Assembly: GCA_964607285.1 (NCBI GenBank)
Contig: CAZSJW010000003.1
Location: 6,094-70,093 of the forward strand
DNA from: an uncultured Pseudomonadales bacterium
GTDB lineage: Bacteria > Patescibacteriota > Microgenomatia > UBA1400 > PJMF01
DNA: 64,000 nucleotides
Reading direction: 5' to 3'
A program made the position numbers and the translations under genes. The notes under the pieces are model-generated. The model did not search any database and had not been told where the DNA came from. It saw only the letters and a program-made list of their open reading frames with translations. This document shows positions 38,002 to 46,716 of this stretch, in pieces; the stretch's first letter is position 1, and each line of letters opens with the position of its first letter.

Positions 38002-39114
38002 TCACCAATCTATTGGCAAATTGTGTATATCAGCTAAGAGCTGTTCCCTATTATACATCGAAGAGTATGGTTGTGGCTCAGCATGATCAAATAAATAGGT
38101 AAAGAGTTTCTCGTCTTCTTCAAATACTTTTGTCCATGCTTTTCTCCGTTTTGGCACAGCCAAATATTCTAAGTGCTCTTCAACAGAAGAAAACTCTTTG
38201 CCATTCAATTGTGCCAATGAATGTATGGTTTGCAGATGAGACTTTGTGAGGATATTCTCACGATATGCTTGTAACGCAACTTCTAAAAAGTTTTCCCCCC
38301 ACCAGTACCCTGGCCAATATTTAAACAGTTCAGCTATTTGCGACCGCAGTAGCGGTTCATGTAAAGCCATTTGTACCTGATAGCTAGGTGGTAACGCTAA
38401 ACTAGTTTTAGTTTCTGGAAATGAAAATGTATGAGCAACACCTGCTTTGTCCGTAAAAACAAACGATTGATCACGTAGTCTTCTAGCAAGCTGTAACAAA
38501 AATACCGAATCCTTCTGATCAGTCTGCAGTAAAACCGAAAAGGTAGCAGCAAGTGCTACGGCCCTGCTGTTACGAAGTTTTGCCTCATAGATCTCTTCTG
38601 GAACATCTACGCACTCTGATATCGTAGAAGCCCTACTTAGCACAGATACTTGTGATAATGGTATTCTTGCGTCAACGACATGCGCCAGAGGTATTGTGCC
38701 TTCAGGTGTTACAACTACCCAATGCAGTAAATCAATCGGAAGATTGTTGTACCCTAGCTGCAAAGCTGGTCGAGCAGTCATATGAAAATATGTAGTTATT
38801 GTAGGCGTTTTAACTGTAGTCAAAAAAAGTATTGTGTCAGATAACTTGTCTTCTGGGGTTTCCAGCAATACTCTGTTCTTATCTTCACGATCTCCCCAGA
38901 TAGCATACGCTGCTCTGATTTTCTGAATTTTCTGCCACATTTCTGCAGATACTTGTGATGCAGAAACAGCTCCAGCATCTACCGAGAACTGTTGTCCATC
39001 GTACTCGAACTCAGTTCTCCTACTCACTAGACCCTTTGTTTCAACTGAAACTGGATGCAAAAAATCATTGATTGGTTCAACAGAATGTCTGATTGTCTCT
39101 GCTTGGGTCAACAT
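38002..39114 (-). CDS. Hypothetical protein (370 aa), co-transcribed partner of E1-like gene
   Basis: 4-nt gap to downstream E1-like gene; no recognisable motifs. Confidence 0.4.
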   Translation of the reverse strand: MLTQAETIRHSVEPINDFLHPVSVETKGLVSRRTEFEYDGQQFSVDAGAVSASQVSAEMWQKIQKIRAAYAIWGDREDKNRVLLETPEDKLSDTILFLTTVKTPTITTYFHMTARPALQLGYNNLPIDLLHWVVVTPEGTIPLAHVVDARIPLSQVSVLSRASTISECVDVPEEIYEAKLRNSRAVALAATFSVLLQTDQKDSVFLLQLARRLRDQSFVFTDKAGVAHTFSFPETKTSLALPPSYQVQMALHEPLLRSQIAELFKYWPGYWWGENFLEVALQAYRENILTKSHLQTIHSLAQLNGKEFSSVEEHLEYLAVPKRRKAWTKVFEEDEKLFTYLFDHAEPQPYSSMYNREQLLADIHNLPIDW

Positions 39115-39210
39115 TGTAGAATATATATGGGGTACTGGTTAGGTATCTTTTGTTGCGTTTAGCCTCACTTTACTATACAGTAAACGCATGTTACAACCAA
39201 TGAGTATACA

Positions 39211-39582
39211 ATGAAAAAGAAGATATTGCTGATCGATGATGATCTTTTTATTCGTGACCTATATCATGAGGTACTCGAACAAGCAGGTTTTGAAGTTGAG
39301 ACTGCTGCAGACGGCAAAGCTGGTCTAGAAAAAATCCTTTTAGGTGGATTTGATCTAATTTTACTAGATGTGATGATGCCACAACTCGATGGGATAGGAA
39401 TTCTCTCGGAACTTGCAGTGCAGAAACCAAAACAAAACAATGGACCAATTGTGTTGCTCACTAATCTGGCTCATGACCCAATCATCAAAGAGGCGCTGCA
39501 ACACGGTGCCAAAGAGTGTTTTATAAAGGCTGACCTTAATCCAGATGAATTTTTGACTAAAGTTAAAGGCTTACTACGGTAG
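39211..39582 (+). CDS. Single-domain response regulator (CheY-like receiver)
   Basis: KKILLIDDD...; phospho-acceptor Asp in LILLDVMMP context; conserved T and K positions; no output domain. Confidence 0.75.
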   Translation: MKKKILLIDDDLFIRDLYHEVLEQAGFEVETAADGKAGLEKILLGGFDLILLDVMMPQLDGIGILSELAVQKPKQNNGPIVLLTNLAHDPIIKEALQHGAKECFIKADLNPDEFLTKVKGLLR

Positions 39583-39584
39583 TC

Positions 39585-40637
39585 TTACCTTGCCCCCACG
39601 TTTCCAATCAACCCATAAATAGGTGCAATGATCGACATCATCATAGCACCCACCCCAACCCCTACACCAACCAACATAATAGGTTCTAACATCGCGGTTG
39701 CCGTCTTTAGGTCTTTAGTCACGTGATAATCTAAAAATTCTGATATCTCTAGCATTGACTTGTCCAAAGTTCCGCTTTTTTCACCAACTTCTATCAATTT
39801 AATCATCATTCCTGGAATGCCATTCTTCCTTGAACGCAGACCTTCTGCAAACGACTGACCCGCCAGTACAGTGTCTCGTGCATGAATAATTAGTTGACGC
39901 ACTTCACGTTTAGAGACCACATCTGCTGCTAACTCAAGAGCGGTAGCTATTGGCAAGCCCGAGCTAAGCAACAAATACATGCTGCGCGAAAAGCGCGTCA
40001 GATCTATTTGCTCAACAAGCTTGGAGATTACGGGTAATGCAAATAAAAACCGATACAAGATCTCTCGCTGACTTCTGAACATGTAAACAATAAAGGCTGT
40101 AAAAAGTCCCAACCCAATACTTAGCTCAAGAGTGTTGTTTACAATCATATCGGAAACAGCAATCATCAGACGTGTAGGCAGTGGTAGCTCAACCCGCAAC
40201 CTGGAAAAAACAGTTGAAATTTTAGGAATAACAAATACTAAGATACCCAAAAATACTGCTGCAAAAACCACCATTACAAAAACTGGATACATTAGTGACG
40301 ATTTTACCTTGTCTGAGAACTCCATTTCATCTTGGATATTTTTTTTGATGTCTTTGAGAGTGGTTTCTAAATTTCCCGCTTCTTCAGATGCCTTGATCAA
40401 ATTAACGGTGACTTTATTAAATACTTTGGGAAACTTTGCGAAGCTTGCATGCACATGATTGCCCGCTGCTAAATCACTGGCTAATGTTTCCAACACTTTT
40501 TTTTGATTACCCTTCGACTCTGACATGATTGAACGCACGGATTCCATAATTGGAATACCAGCGGCCAACATAGTGGAAAGATTGCTAATCAGAGTGATTT
40601 TGTCACTCCCCGAGAGTCTCAATGATGATAACCGCAT
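39585..40637 (-). CDS. pilC: Type IV pilus assembly platform protein PilC (GspF family)
   Basis: Two GspF-like repeats with 3 TM segments; adjacent to pilB. Confidence 0.7.
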   Translation of the reverse strand: MRLSSLRLSGSDKITLISNLSTMLAAGIPIMESVRSIMSESKGNQKKVLETLASDLAAGNHVHASFAKFPKVFNKVTVNLIKASEEAGNLETTLKDIKKNIQDEMEFSDKVKSSLMYPVFVMVVFAAVFLGILVFVIPKISTVFSRLRVELPLPTRLMIAVSDMIVNNTLELSIGLGLFTAFIVYMFRSQREILYRFLFALPVISKLVEQIDLTRFSRSMYLLLSSGLPIATALELAADVVSKREVRQLIIHARDTVLAGQSFAEGLRSRKNGIPGMMIKLIEVGEKSGTLDKSMLEISEFLDYHVTKDLKTATAMLEPIMLVGVGVGVGAMMMSIIAPIYGLIGNVGAR

Positions 40638-40646
40638 ACGTACTTC

Positions 40647-42338
40647 CTACTCTGCTTCTGTACTAGTTACACGCAATACTTCTTCGATTGTAGTTGCGCC
40701 TTTAGCCACTTTATCAAGACCATCATCAAGCATAACGGTCATCCCATCTGCAATAGCTTGTTTTTCAATCAAATCTGAATCTTTTTTTGCGGTAATCAGC
40801 TCTCGAATTGCCTTGGTAACTTCCAACACCTCATAAATACCAATCCGACCCTGATAGCCCGTAAAGTGACACCGTTTACATCCTTCACCTTTATACAATC
40901 TCATTTCCTTATTTTTACCCACAGGCACATAATGCTTTGTGATTGACTCCTCATTAAAATGCTTTTTAAGCTCCTCTAGTGTCATCACATACGATACCCG
41001 ACACTCAGGGCAAATTTTTCGTACCAACCGTTGCCCAACGACTACATTAACAGTAGATGCCACCAGAAAAGGCTCAACACCCATGTCAATTAATCTAGGG
41101 AACGTGGCAGCTGCGCTGTTAGTATGGAGTGTAGATAACACAAGATGCCCCGTCATAGCAGCATTGACAGCAATAGTTGCAGTCTCACTATCACGGATTT
41201 CACCCACGAACACATAATCTGGATCTTGCCGCAAAATGGAACGCAGTCCCTGAGCAAAGGTTAAGTTGGTTTTTGGGTTGACCTGTACTTGATTTGCTCC
41301 AGCAACTTTGTATTCCGCGGGATCCTCAATTGAGGTGATGTTTTTCTCTCGAGTATTGAGTACTTTAAGTATGGAGTAAATGCTGGTTGTTTTTCCAGAA
41401 CCAGTCGGTCCTGTAGATAAAATCATGCCATGTGCTCGTGAATATCCCTTTATAACCTTGGTGTTATCCGCTTCATTCATACCCAAATCAGGCAAAGAAA
41501 ATGACTTAGATTTAGACGATAGCAACCGCATAACTACTTTTTCACCATCTACGATCGGAAGAATGGAAATACGAAGATCAAGCCGTTCTTCCTTCATATC
41601 TAGCCGAATCTTGCCGTCTTGTGCAGCGTGATGTTCATCAGTGCGCAAACTTGAAAGCACTTTTAATCTCGTCACAACTCGATCATGGATTGCTTTTGGT
41701 ACCACCAATACGTCATGCAAAATGCCGTCTATGCGAAATCTCACCAGAGATTTCTTCTCTCCAGGTTCAATGTGAATATCTGAGGCACTCTCTTTGTATG
41801 CCGTGGTCAACAAAAGATCCACCATCTTTTCTACAGGTAAATCCTCATTTAGGTCTCCCGAAGCCGTAATTCCCTCATCTAAAAATTGCTCAAAACTTTT
41901 TTGTAAGTCCTTCTTGTATAAGGCAAGTGTATTATCGATATCTAAATCGGTTGCATAGTGCGGTAGAATTGGTTGGCCTGTCTTCTTGGCAAGCATTTTT
42001 AGTGGTAGTTCTTGGCCAGAATTTGCCATCCCAACACTAATACCCTTGTCATCTCGATCAAATGCGATCATTCGATACTGACGAGCCATGTCCTCAGGAA
42101 TAACTTGCAATATATCATCTGGTATAGCAGTTTTAGTCAGTACAACAAATGGTAACTGCAACTCTTTAGCCACAGCCGCACCAATTTTGTCATCTGCTAC
42201 TAAATCATGTTCTACAACATACTGCCATAACCCTTGCTTTGCACCAACAGCTTGCTTTTGTGATTCAGCTAAGGCTTTATCATCAAGAAATTTGTTAGTT
42301 TTAATGACACCTGCCACCTGTTGATCACTCAATTGCAT
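40647..42338 (-). CDS. pilB: Type IV pilus assembly ATPase PilB (GspE family)
   Basis: Walker A GPTGSGKTT, GspE signature motifs, tetracysteine C..C...C..C motif near C-terminus. Confidence 0.85.
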   Translation of the reverse strand: MQLSDQQVAGVIKTNKFLDDKALAESQKQAVGAKQGLWQYVVEHDLVADDKIGAAVAKELQLPFVVLTKTAIPDDILQVIPEDMARQYRMIAFDRDDKGISVGMANSGQELPLKMLAKKTGQPILPHYATDLDIDNTLALYKKDLQKSFEQFLDEGITASGDLNEDLPVEKMVDLLLTTAYKESASDIHIEPGEKKSLVRFRIDGILHDVLVVPKAIHDRVVTRLKVLSSLRTDEHHAAQDGKIRLDMKEERLDLRISILPIVDGEKVVMRLLSSKSKSFSLPDLGMNEADNTKVIKGYSRAHGMILSTGPTGSGKTTSIYSILKVLNTREKNITSIEDPAEYKVAGANQVQVNPKTNLTFAQGLRSILRQDPDYVFVGEIRDSETATIAVNAAMTGHLVLSTLHTNSAAATFPRLIDMGVEPFLVASTVNVVVGQRLVRKICPECRVSYVMTLEELKKHFNEESITKHYVPVGKNKEMRLYKGEGCKRCHFTGYQGRIGIYEVLEVTKAIRELITAKKDSDLIEKQAIADGMTVMLDDGLDKVAKGATTIEEVLRVTSTEAE

Positions 42339-42411
42339 ACTGTAAGTAAGGATACACTACTAGTGTGCTGAGTTCGAGCCGAATTACAATTAGTAGGTCC
42401 CTCGGAAGGAA

Positions 42412-42645
42412 CTAAAAAAAAGTTTGCTTATCATACTCATCGTCATCACCGCTTTGAAGAGCACCACCAACAAAAAATATGAGGAAATAGCCAACAGGCA
42501 CCCCAATAACAAACAATGTTGTCACAAGAGCATCTTTACCATCACATGCTGTTAAAAGCAAAGGAATTAATAAGAACTTGTACTTCAGTATTATTCTGTT
42601 AATATCCTCAAGCGATATCTCTGTATAACTAGTTTTCTCTTCCAT
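42412..42645 (-). CDS. Small membrane protein, hypothetical
   Basis: 77 aa with two hydrophobic helices. Confidence 0.3.
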   Translation of the reverse strand: MEEKTSYTEISLEDINRIILKYKFLLIPLLLTACDGKDALVTTLFVIGVPVGYFLIFFVGGALQSGDDDEYDKQTFF

Positions 42646-42658
42646 ACTCCCACACTTT

Positions 42659-44098
42659 CTATATTGATGTGACTGTTTGTACCGTTTCAGTGCTATCTAT
42701 CACAATGAACCCAAGCGACTTAATCTCTTCTCGTAGCGCGTCAGACTGTGCCCAATCTTTACTAGCACGAGCTGCTGCACGCTTATCTAAAAGAGTTTGG
42801 ATGGCAGCGGGAATTTTGGGTGCTGGTTGCTCACTTGCAGGTTTGCTTGCAGCCTCCCTCAAACCCAGAGCCAACACTGCATCGAACTCTAAAAGCAAAT
42901 CATACTTGTCTCCACCAGGAATGTTCGATTTAGCAACCTCCCAAATAAGAGCCACCGCAATCGGTGTATCAATATCAGCTGCTAATGCTTGCAAGAACTG
43001 TTCGCGATACGTATCAATTTTCTTTAATTTTTCTGCACTCAACACCGTCCTGTCTTGCTCAGACTTACAATTACGTAACATCCCAACTAAGCGATCATAG
43101 CTTTTTTGTGCACCAGCCAAGTTTTCCCAAGTAAAATTGAGTTCTGAACGATAGTGAGAAGTTAGAAACAAAAGACGCAAAGCCTGCGGGCTAAACCCTT
43201 TATCGAGTAGATCATCAATAGTAAAGAAATTACCTAGCGATTTACTCATCTTTTCGCCATTTATTCGCACGAAGTTATGATGAACCCAATATTTCACAAA
43301 TGGCTTTTTGCCTGTAGCTGCTTCTGCCTGTGCTATCTCGTTGGTATGATGTACTGGAATGTGATCAATGCCTCCCGTGTGAATCTCAAACTGCTCACCT
43401 AAGTACTGCATAGCCATAGCACTACACTCGATATGCCAACCTGGAAAACTTCTTTGATGCCAGGGACTTGGCCATACCATGGCTCGATTTTCTCCTGGTC
43501 TCTCAAACTTCCAAAGGGCAAAATCAGAAGGGTTTCTCTTTCCCACAAGCTTTTCTATCCGTGCTCCTTCTTGCTGAGCTGCCACATCTAACCGAGCCAT
43601 AGCTCCATACTCAGGAAACTTTGAAGTGTCAAAATACACACCATCGTGCTCAACCACATACGTAAAACCTTTTTTTTCGAGTGCAATCACCATGTTTAAC
43701 TGAGCTTCAATATGTTCTGTAGCGCGGCAACTGACGTCTGGTCTCAGATTGCCCATCAAATCCATGCTTCGAAAAAAATATGCCTCAAACTCTTGAGCCA
43801 CATCCCATACTGACTTGTTGTACTTTTTGGCTCCTTTTTCAAGCTTGTCTTCTCCCGAATCTGCATCTGATGCTAAATGACCAACATCAGTGACGTTTTG
43901 AACGAATGTCACTGCATACCCAAATCTGCGCAATACGCGGACCAGAATATCATCCATCGTATACTTCCTAAGATGCCCAATATGTGCATAGTCGTAGACT
44001 GTCACACCACATGCGTACAAACCAATTTTTTCTTTCTGGTATGGTATGACTGGCTCGGTTTTTCGAGTCAGAGTATTATAGAGATTGAGCGTCAACAT
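42659..44098 (-). CDS. cysS: Cysteinyl-tRNA synthetase
   Basis: HIGH (YDYAHIGH) and KMSKS (KMSKSLGN) class I motifs; start taken at MLTLNLYN. Confidence 0.85.
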   Translation of the reverse strand: MLTLNLYNTLTRKTEPVIPYQKEKIGLYACGVTVYDYAHIGHLRKYTMDDILVRVLRRFGYAVTFVQNVTDVGHLASDADSGEDKLEKGAKKYNKSVWDVAQEFEAYFFRSMDLMGNLRPDVSCRATEHIEAQLNMVIALEKKGFTYVVEHDGVYFDTSKFPEYGAMARLDVAAQQEGARIEKLVGKRNPSDFALWKFERPGENRAMVWPSPWHQRSFPGWHIECSAMAMQYLGEQFEIHTGGIDHIPVHHTNEIAQAEAATGKKPFVKYWVHHNFVRINGEKMSKSLGNFFTIDDLLDKGFSPQALRLLFLTSHYRSELNFTWENLAGAQKSYDRLVGMLRNCKSEQDRTVLSAEKLKKIDTYREQFLQALAADIDTPIAVALIWEVAKSNIPGGDKYDLLLEFDAVLALGLREAASKPASEQPAPKIPAAIQTLLDKRAAARASKDWAQSDALREEIKSLGFIVIDSTETVQTVTSI

Positions 44099-44161
44099 AC
44101 TATTCTTTCGAGTTGCACAAAGCGTATCAATAATTCTCAAGCTTCTTGCATTGTAACAAAT

Positions 44162-44869
44162 TTATCTAGTTCCATTTCGGACAATTAAGTAGCTTTCCTC
44201 ACATCGATTTGTGCTTGGATTATACGCAGCGGTATGTACTACACGCTTCCATGTTTTCTTTGAGCCCTTAGGTGCTTGTGAGCTATGATGATCTGCAAGG
44301 TAAGAAACTTGATTCTGTTTATCTTTCTTAGACTGTTTAAACACAACTACATCTCTGTTCTTTTGCAAGTGCTTAGTCTTCAGCAGTAGCAACCGAGAGT
44401 ACCAAAACCACAAGTCAGATCGTACCAGCTGCTCATCCCAGATGATTTCTCTGCCTGTCTCATCAGTTACTGTATATCCAGAAACATCGAGTAACGTACT
44501 AGCCAATGATGTCAGTTTCCCCACCTCCCTGTGATCTTCATGATGCACTGCAGAGGTAATTTCATGAGGATGGAAAGAGATAAGTGCTGCAGGTGCTAGT
44601 ATTCTCAGAACTACTAGGAGCTTTCTAAGTAATTCAGCTTGATCAATCAAACATAACTCACCATCAGGATATCCTAAAAAAACATAGGAAAAACCCAAGA
44701 AGGCTGCTGCAGACTCAGTCTCAGCCACTCTTTTCAGACTTAACTCACTGGAACTAATAGACTCACCAGCTGATTTTCCCTTCTCACCCATGGTCAGAAA
44801 TATAACAGTGACAGGCACAGAAGCATTAACAAAGACACTCGAGGAGCTTCCAGTACAATACTTCATCAT
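44162..44869 (-). CDS. PIG-L/LmbE-family deacetylase-like protein
   Basis: FLGYPDG and HxDH (HHEDH) motifs; N-terminal HPDDE motif degenerate. Confidence 0.35.
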   Translation of the reverse strand: MMKYCTGSSSSVFVNASVPVTVIFLTMGEKGKSAGESISSSELSLKRVAETESAAAFLGFSYVFLGYPDGELCLIDQAELLRKLLVVLRILAPAALISFHPHEITSAVHHEDHREVGKLTSLASTLLDVSGYTVTDETGREIIWDEQLVRSDLWFWYSRLLLLKTKHLQKNRDVVVFKQSKKDKQNQVSYLADHHSSQAPKGSKKTWKRVVHTAAYNPSTNRCEESYLIVRNGTR

Positions 44870-44978
44870 CTGGATGGGCCAACACTAGTGCCACACCACG
44901 ATCACGCCAAGATTGTTTTATAAACCACGTTGAGTTTTCAAGTGAATGTTTTTTTGACATAGTTCCTTTTATATGAAA

Positions 44979-45638
44979 TTAATTAGCACTTCCTGGGCCA
45001 GATAACGTTTTTCTGTCATTTTGCAGCTTTTGGACTGCTTTCTGTTTCTTATTGCCTGATGGACCAACTGGGCCCTTTTTAGGACCAGAAGGAACTTCTA
45101 CTGAAGATTGATTGGCTTGTGCTTCTTGTTGGGCCTTTCTTTGCTTCTCCTCCTCCATCTTCTGACGCCGCTTCATCTCTTTTTCATAGCGTCTGCGAGC
45201 TTCTTGCTGCTGTTCTTGGTCAAGTTGCTTGTATCTCTGGTGTACTGTCTTTGCCTTGTTTTGCTCTTCAGGCGTCAGTGTATTTGGCTTGATACCAAGC
45301 CAGGTGTGTATAGAAAAAAAGCTCTTTACATCTGCCCAGATATCGGCTACAACTCGCTTGGCTTCATCTGGAATAGTGCCTACTTCTCTTGGTTCAGCAG
45401 GAGTCCCTGGAGACTGTTGCTGTGCAGCCTGAGCTTGAGCAGCCGCCATCTGCTGCTGAGAAACTTGCGCACCTTGCTGACCAAGTGCTTTCTGCGAAGA
45501 TGCTTGCTTAAAAGCACTTTCGTCCAGATGCTCACCAAACTGACCCATAGCTTGGTTAAACCCACCCCCCATTCTAGGTTTAAGTCCACCTGCTCCACCT
45601 GGTTTTGGTCCGCCTGGTCCTATCATAAGTTTTCTCAA
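44979..45638 (-). CDS. Low-complexity Q/A/K/E-rich protein (intrinsically disordered), hypothetical
   Basis: 219 aa; Gly/Pro-rich N-term, poly-Q/A, charged K/E/R-rich coiled-coil-like C-term; translationally coupled (ATGA) to upstream gene. Confidence 0.4.
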   Translation of the reverse strand: MRKLMIGPGGPKPGGAGGLKPRMGGGFNQAMGQFGEHLDESAFKQASSQKALGQQGAQVSQQQMAAAQAQAAQQQSPGTPAEPREVGTIPDEAKRVVADIWADVKSFFSIHTWLGIKPNTLTPEEQNKAKTVHQRYKQLDQEQQQEARRRYEKEMKRRQKMEEEKQRKAQQEAQANQSSVEVPSGPKKGPVGPSGNKKQKAVQKLQNDRKTLSGPGSAN

Positions 45639-46204
45639 ATCTTTGTGTGATCTAGCTGTAAAATTTGGAAACCTTGTCCTGCAGTATCTTTTGACTGCAA
45701 ATCGTCTGCTTTTGCCTGATCCTGCTGCACTCTCGCCTGGTACTGCGGAGTATCCTTCAGTCCTAACAACTCAATTCGTCGTTTTTCAATTGCTTGTTGA
45801 TCAAGTACTGCCTGTTGCCTCAGGCGTTCTTCAAGCTCAGCTTGTTGTTGCAGCTGTTCGGGAGTCGGACCAGCTGGTTCCGCAGGTGCATCTGCAGCTT
45901 TGCCTCCACCTGGAGGACCAATCTTAGCTTGGCTTTCTTTCAAAAGCTCTTCTAGGACATCTAGCGGATTTTTCTGATCACCAGCGGGTGCTCCCCCAGC
46001 AGGATCCAGCAAACCTGCTAGCGGATCATTGTTGTCACCTACCTGTGCTAATGGATCACTGGGTACGTTTCCTTGATTTTGGGGTAAAAATTGATCATCT
46101 GTGCCCAAACTTCCTGAACCTGGGACAGCTTGAGGATCCGTTGCTGCAGGGAATGAGGGGTCACTTGGTGAAACAGCACTCTGTTGGGGGTCATCAGTTA
46201 CCAT
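45635..46204 (-). CDS. Low-complexity P/Q/A/D-rich protein (intrinsically disordered), hypothetical
   Basis: 189 aa; acidic P/G/Q-rich, no globular motif; immediately downstream of hpf. Confidence 0.4.
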   Translation of the reverse strand: MVTDDPQQSAVSPSDPSFPAATDPQAVPGSGSLGTDDQFLPQNQGNVPSDPLAQVGDNNDPLAGLLDPAGGAPAGDQKNPLDVLEELLKESQAKIGPPGGGKAADAPAEPAGPTPEQLQQQAELEERLRQQAVLDQQAIEKRRIELLGLKDTPQYQARVQQDQAKADDLQSKDTAGQGFQILQLDHTKI

Positions 46205-46238
46205 ATTCGTTCAGAATACACGCTACCAGGCAATAAAA

Positions 46239-46568
46239 TCAAGCAGCAACAGACTTGCTTCGCCGTAATGTTAGCCTTCGCTCTGTTTGCTTGCGCAATC
46301 TGCGCACAGCACCGTGTGCCGCTTCAACTATTGCAGAGTACATATCTACAGCGTGCTTTCGCACAATCACATTTTTTCCTGGAACTTCAACTTGAACTGT
46401 AACTCGATTAGCTGATGGATCATTATTTTTCTTGCCAACTGTCTCTAAAAAGACTGATATCTTACGAATATCTTTACCGAGCTTACCCATCTTTTCCATC
46501 TGGTGAGTGGCAAACTCACGCAGAGCCTGAGTAACTTTTACCTGTTTTGATTCGACGAGCACAGTCAT
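46239..46568 (-). CDS. hpf: Ribosome hibernation promoting factor (short HPF/RaiA, S30AE family)
   Basis: 109 aa; S30AE fold signature; strong GGAGGAG RBS. Confidence 0.75.
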   Translation of the reverse strand: MTVLVESKQVKVTQALREFATHQMEKMGKLGKDIRKISVFLETVGKKNNDPSANRVTVQVEVPGKNVIVRKHAVDMYSAIVEAAHGAVRRLRKQTERRLTLRRSKSVAA

Positions 46569-46609
46569 TTGCTCCTCCTTCCCCCTGCTGTTAGGCAGAG
46601 AACAGATAC

Positions 46610-46646
46610 AAAAAAACCGCTACCTGCGCGGTGCGCATAAGCGGTG
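46610..46646 (-). terminator. Intrinsic terminator after recR
   Basis: Minus strand reads ACCGCUUAUGCGCACCGCGCAGGUAGCGGUUUUUUUG: stem ACCGCU/AGCGGU with inner GCGC hairpin and U7. Confidence 0.6.
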
Positions 46647-46716
46647 TAACACTGAGTTTGTAATGCGATAGCATCTGTAGTGACTATAGCAGAAAAACTA
46701 GTAATTGACTAGCTCT

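Noticed and set aside
36531-39114. Cognate ubiquitin-like/ThiS-like small ORF (Gly-Gly terminus) next to the E1-like gene
   Set aside because: I scanned flanking small ORFs, including 42412..42645 and overlapping antisense ORFs, and none ends in GG or has a beta-grasp-like composition. The partner therefore remains unidentified.
45108-45927. Plus-strand ORFs (180 aa, 94 aa and others) in the low-complexity region
   Set aside because: They are antisense to the coherent minus-strand operon (hpf and the two disordered proteins). They are repetitive-composition artefacts of GC-rich low-complexity DNA.
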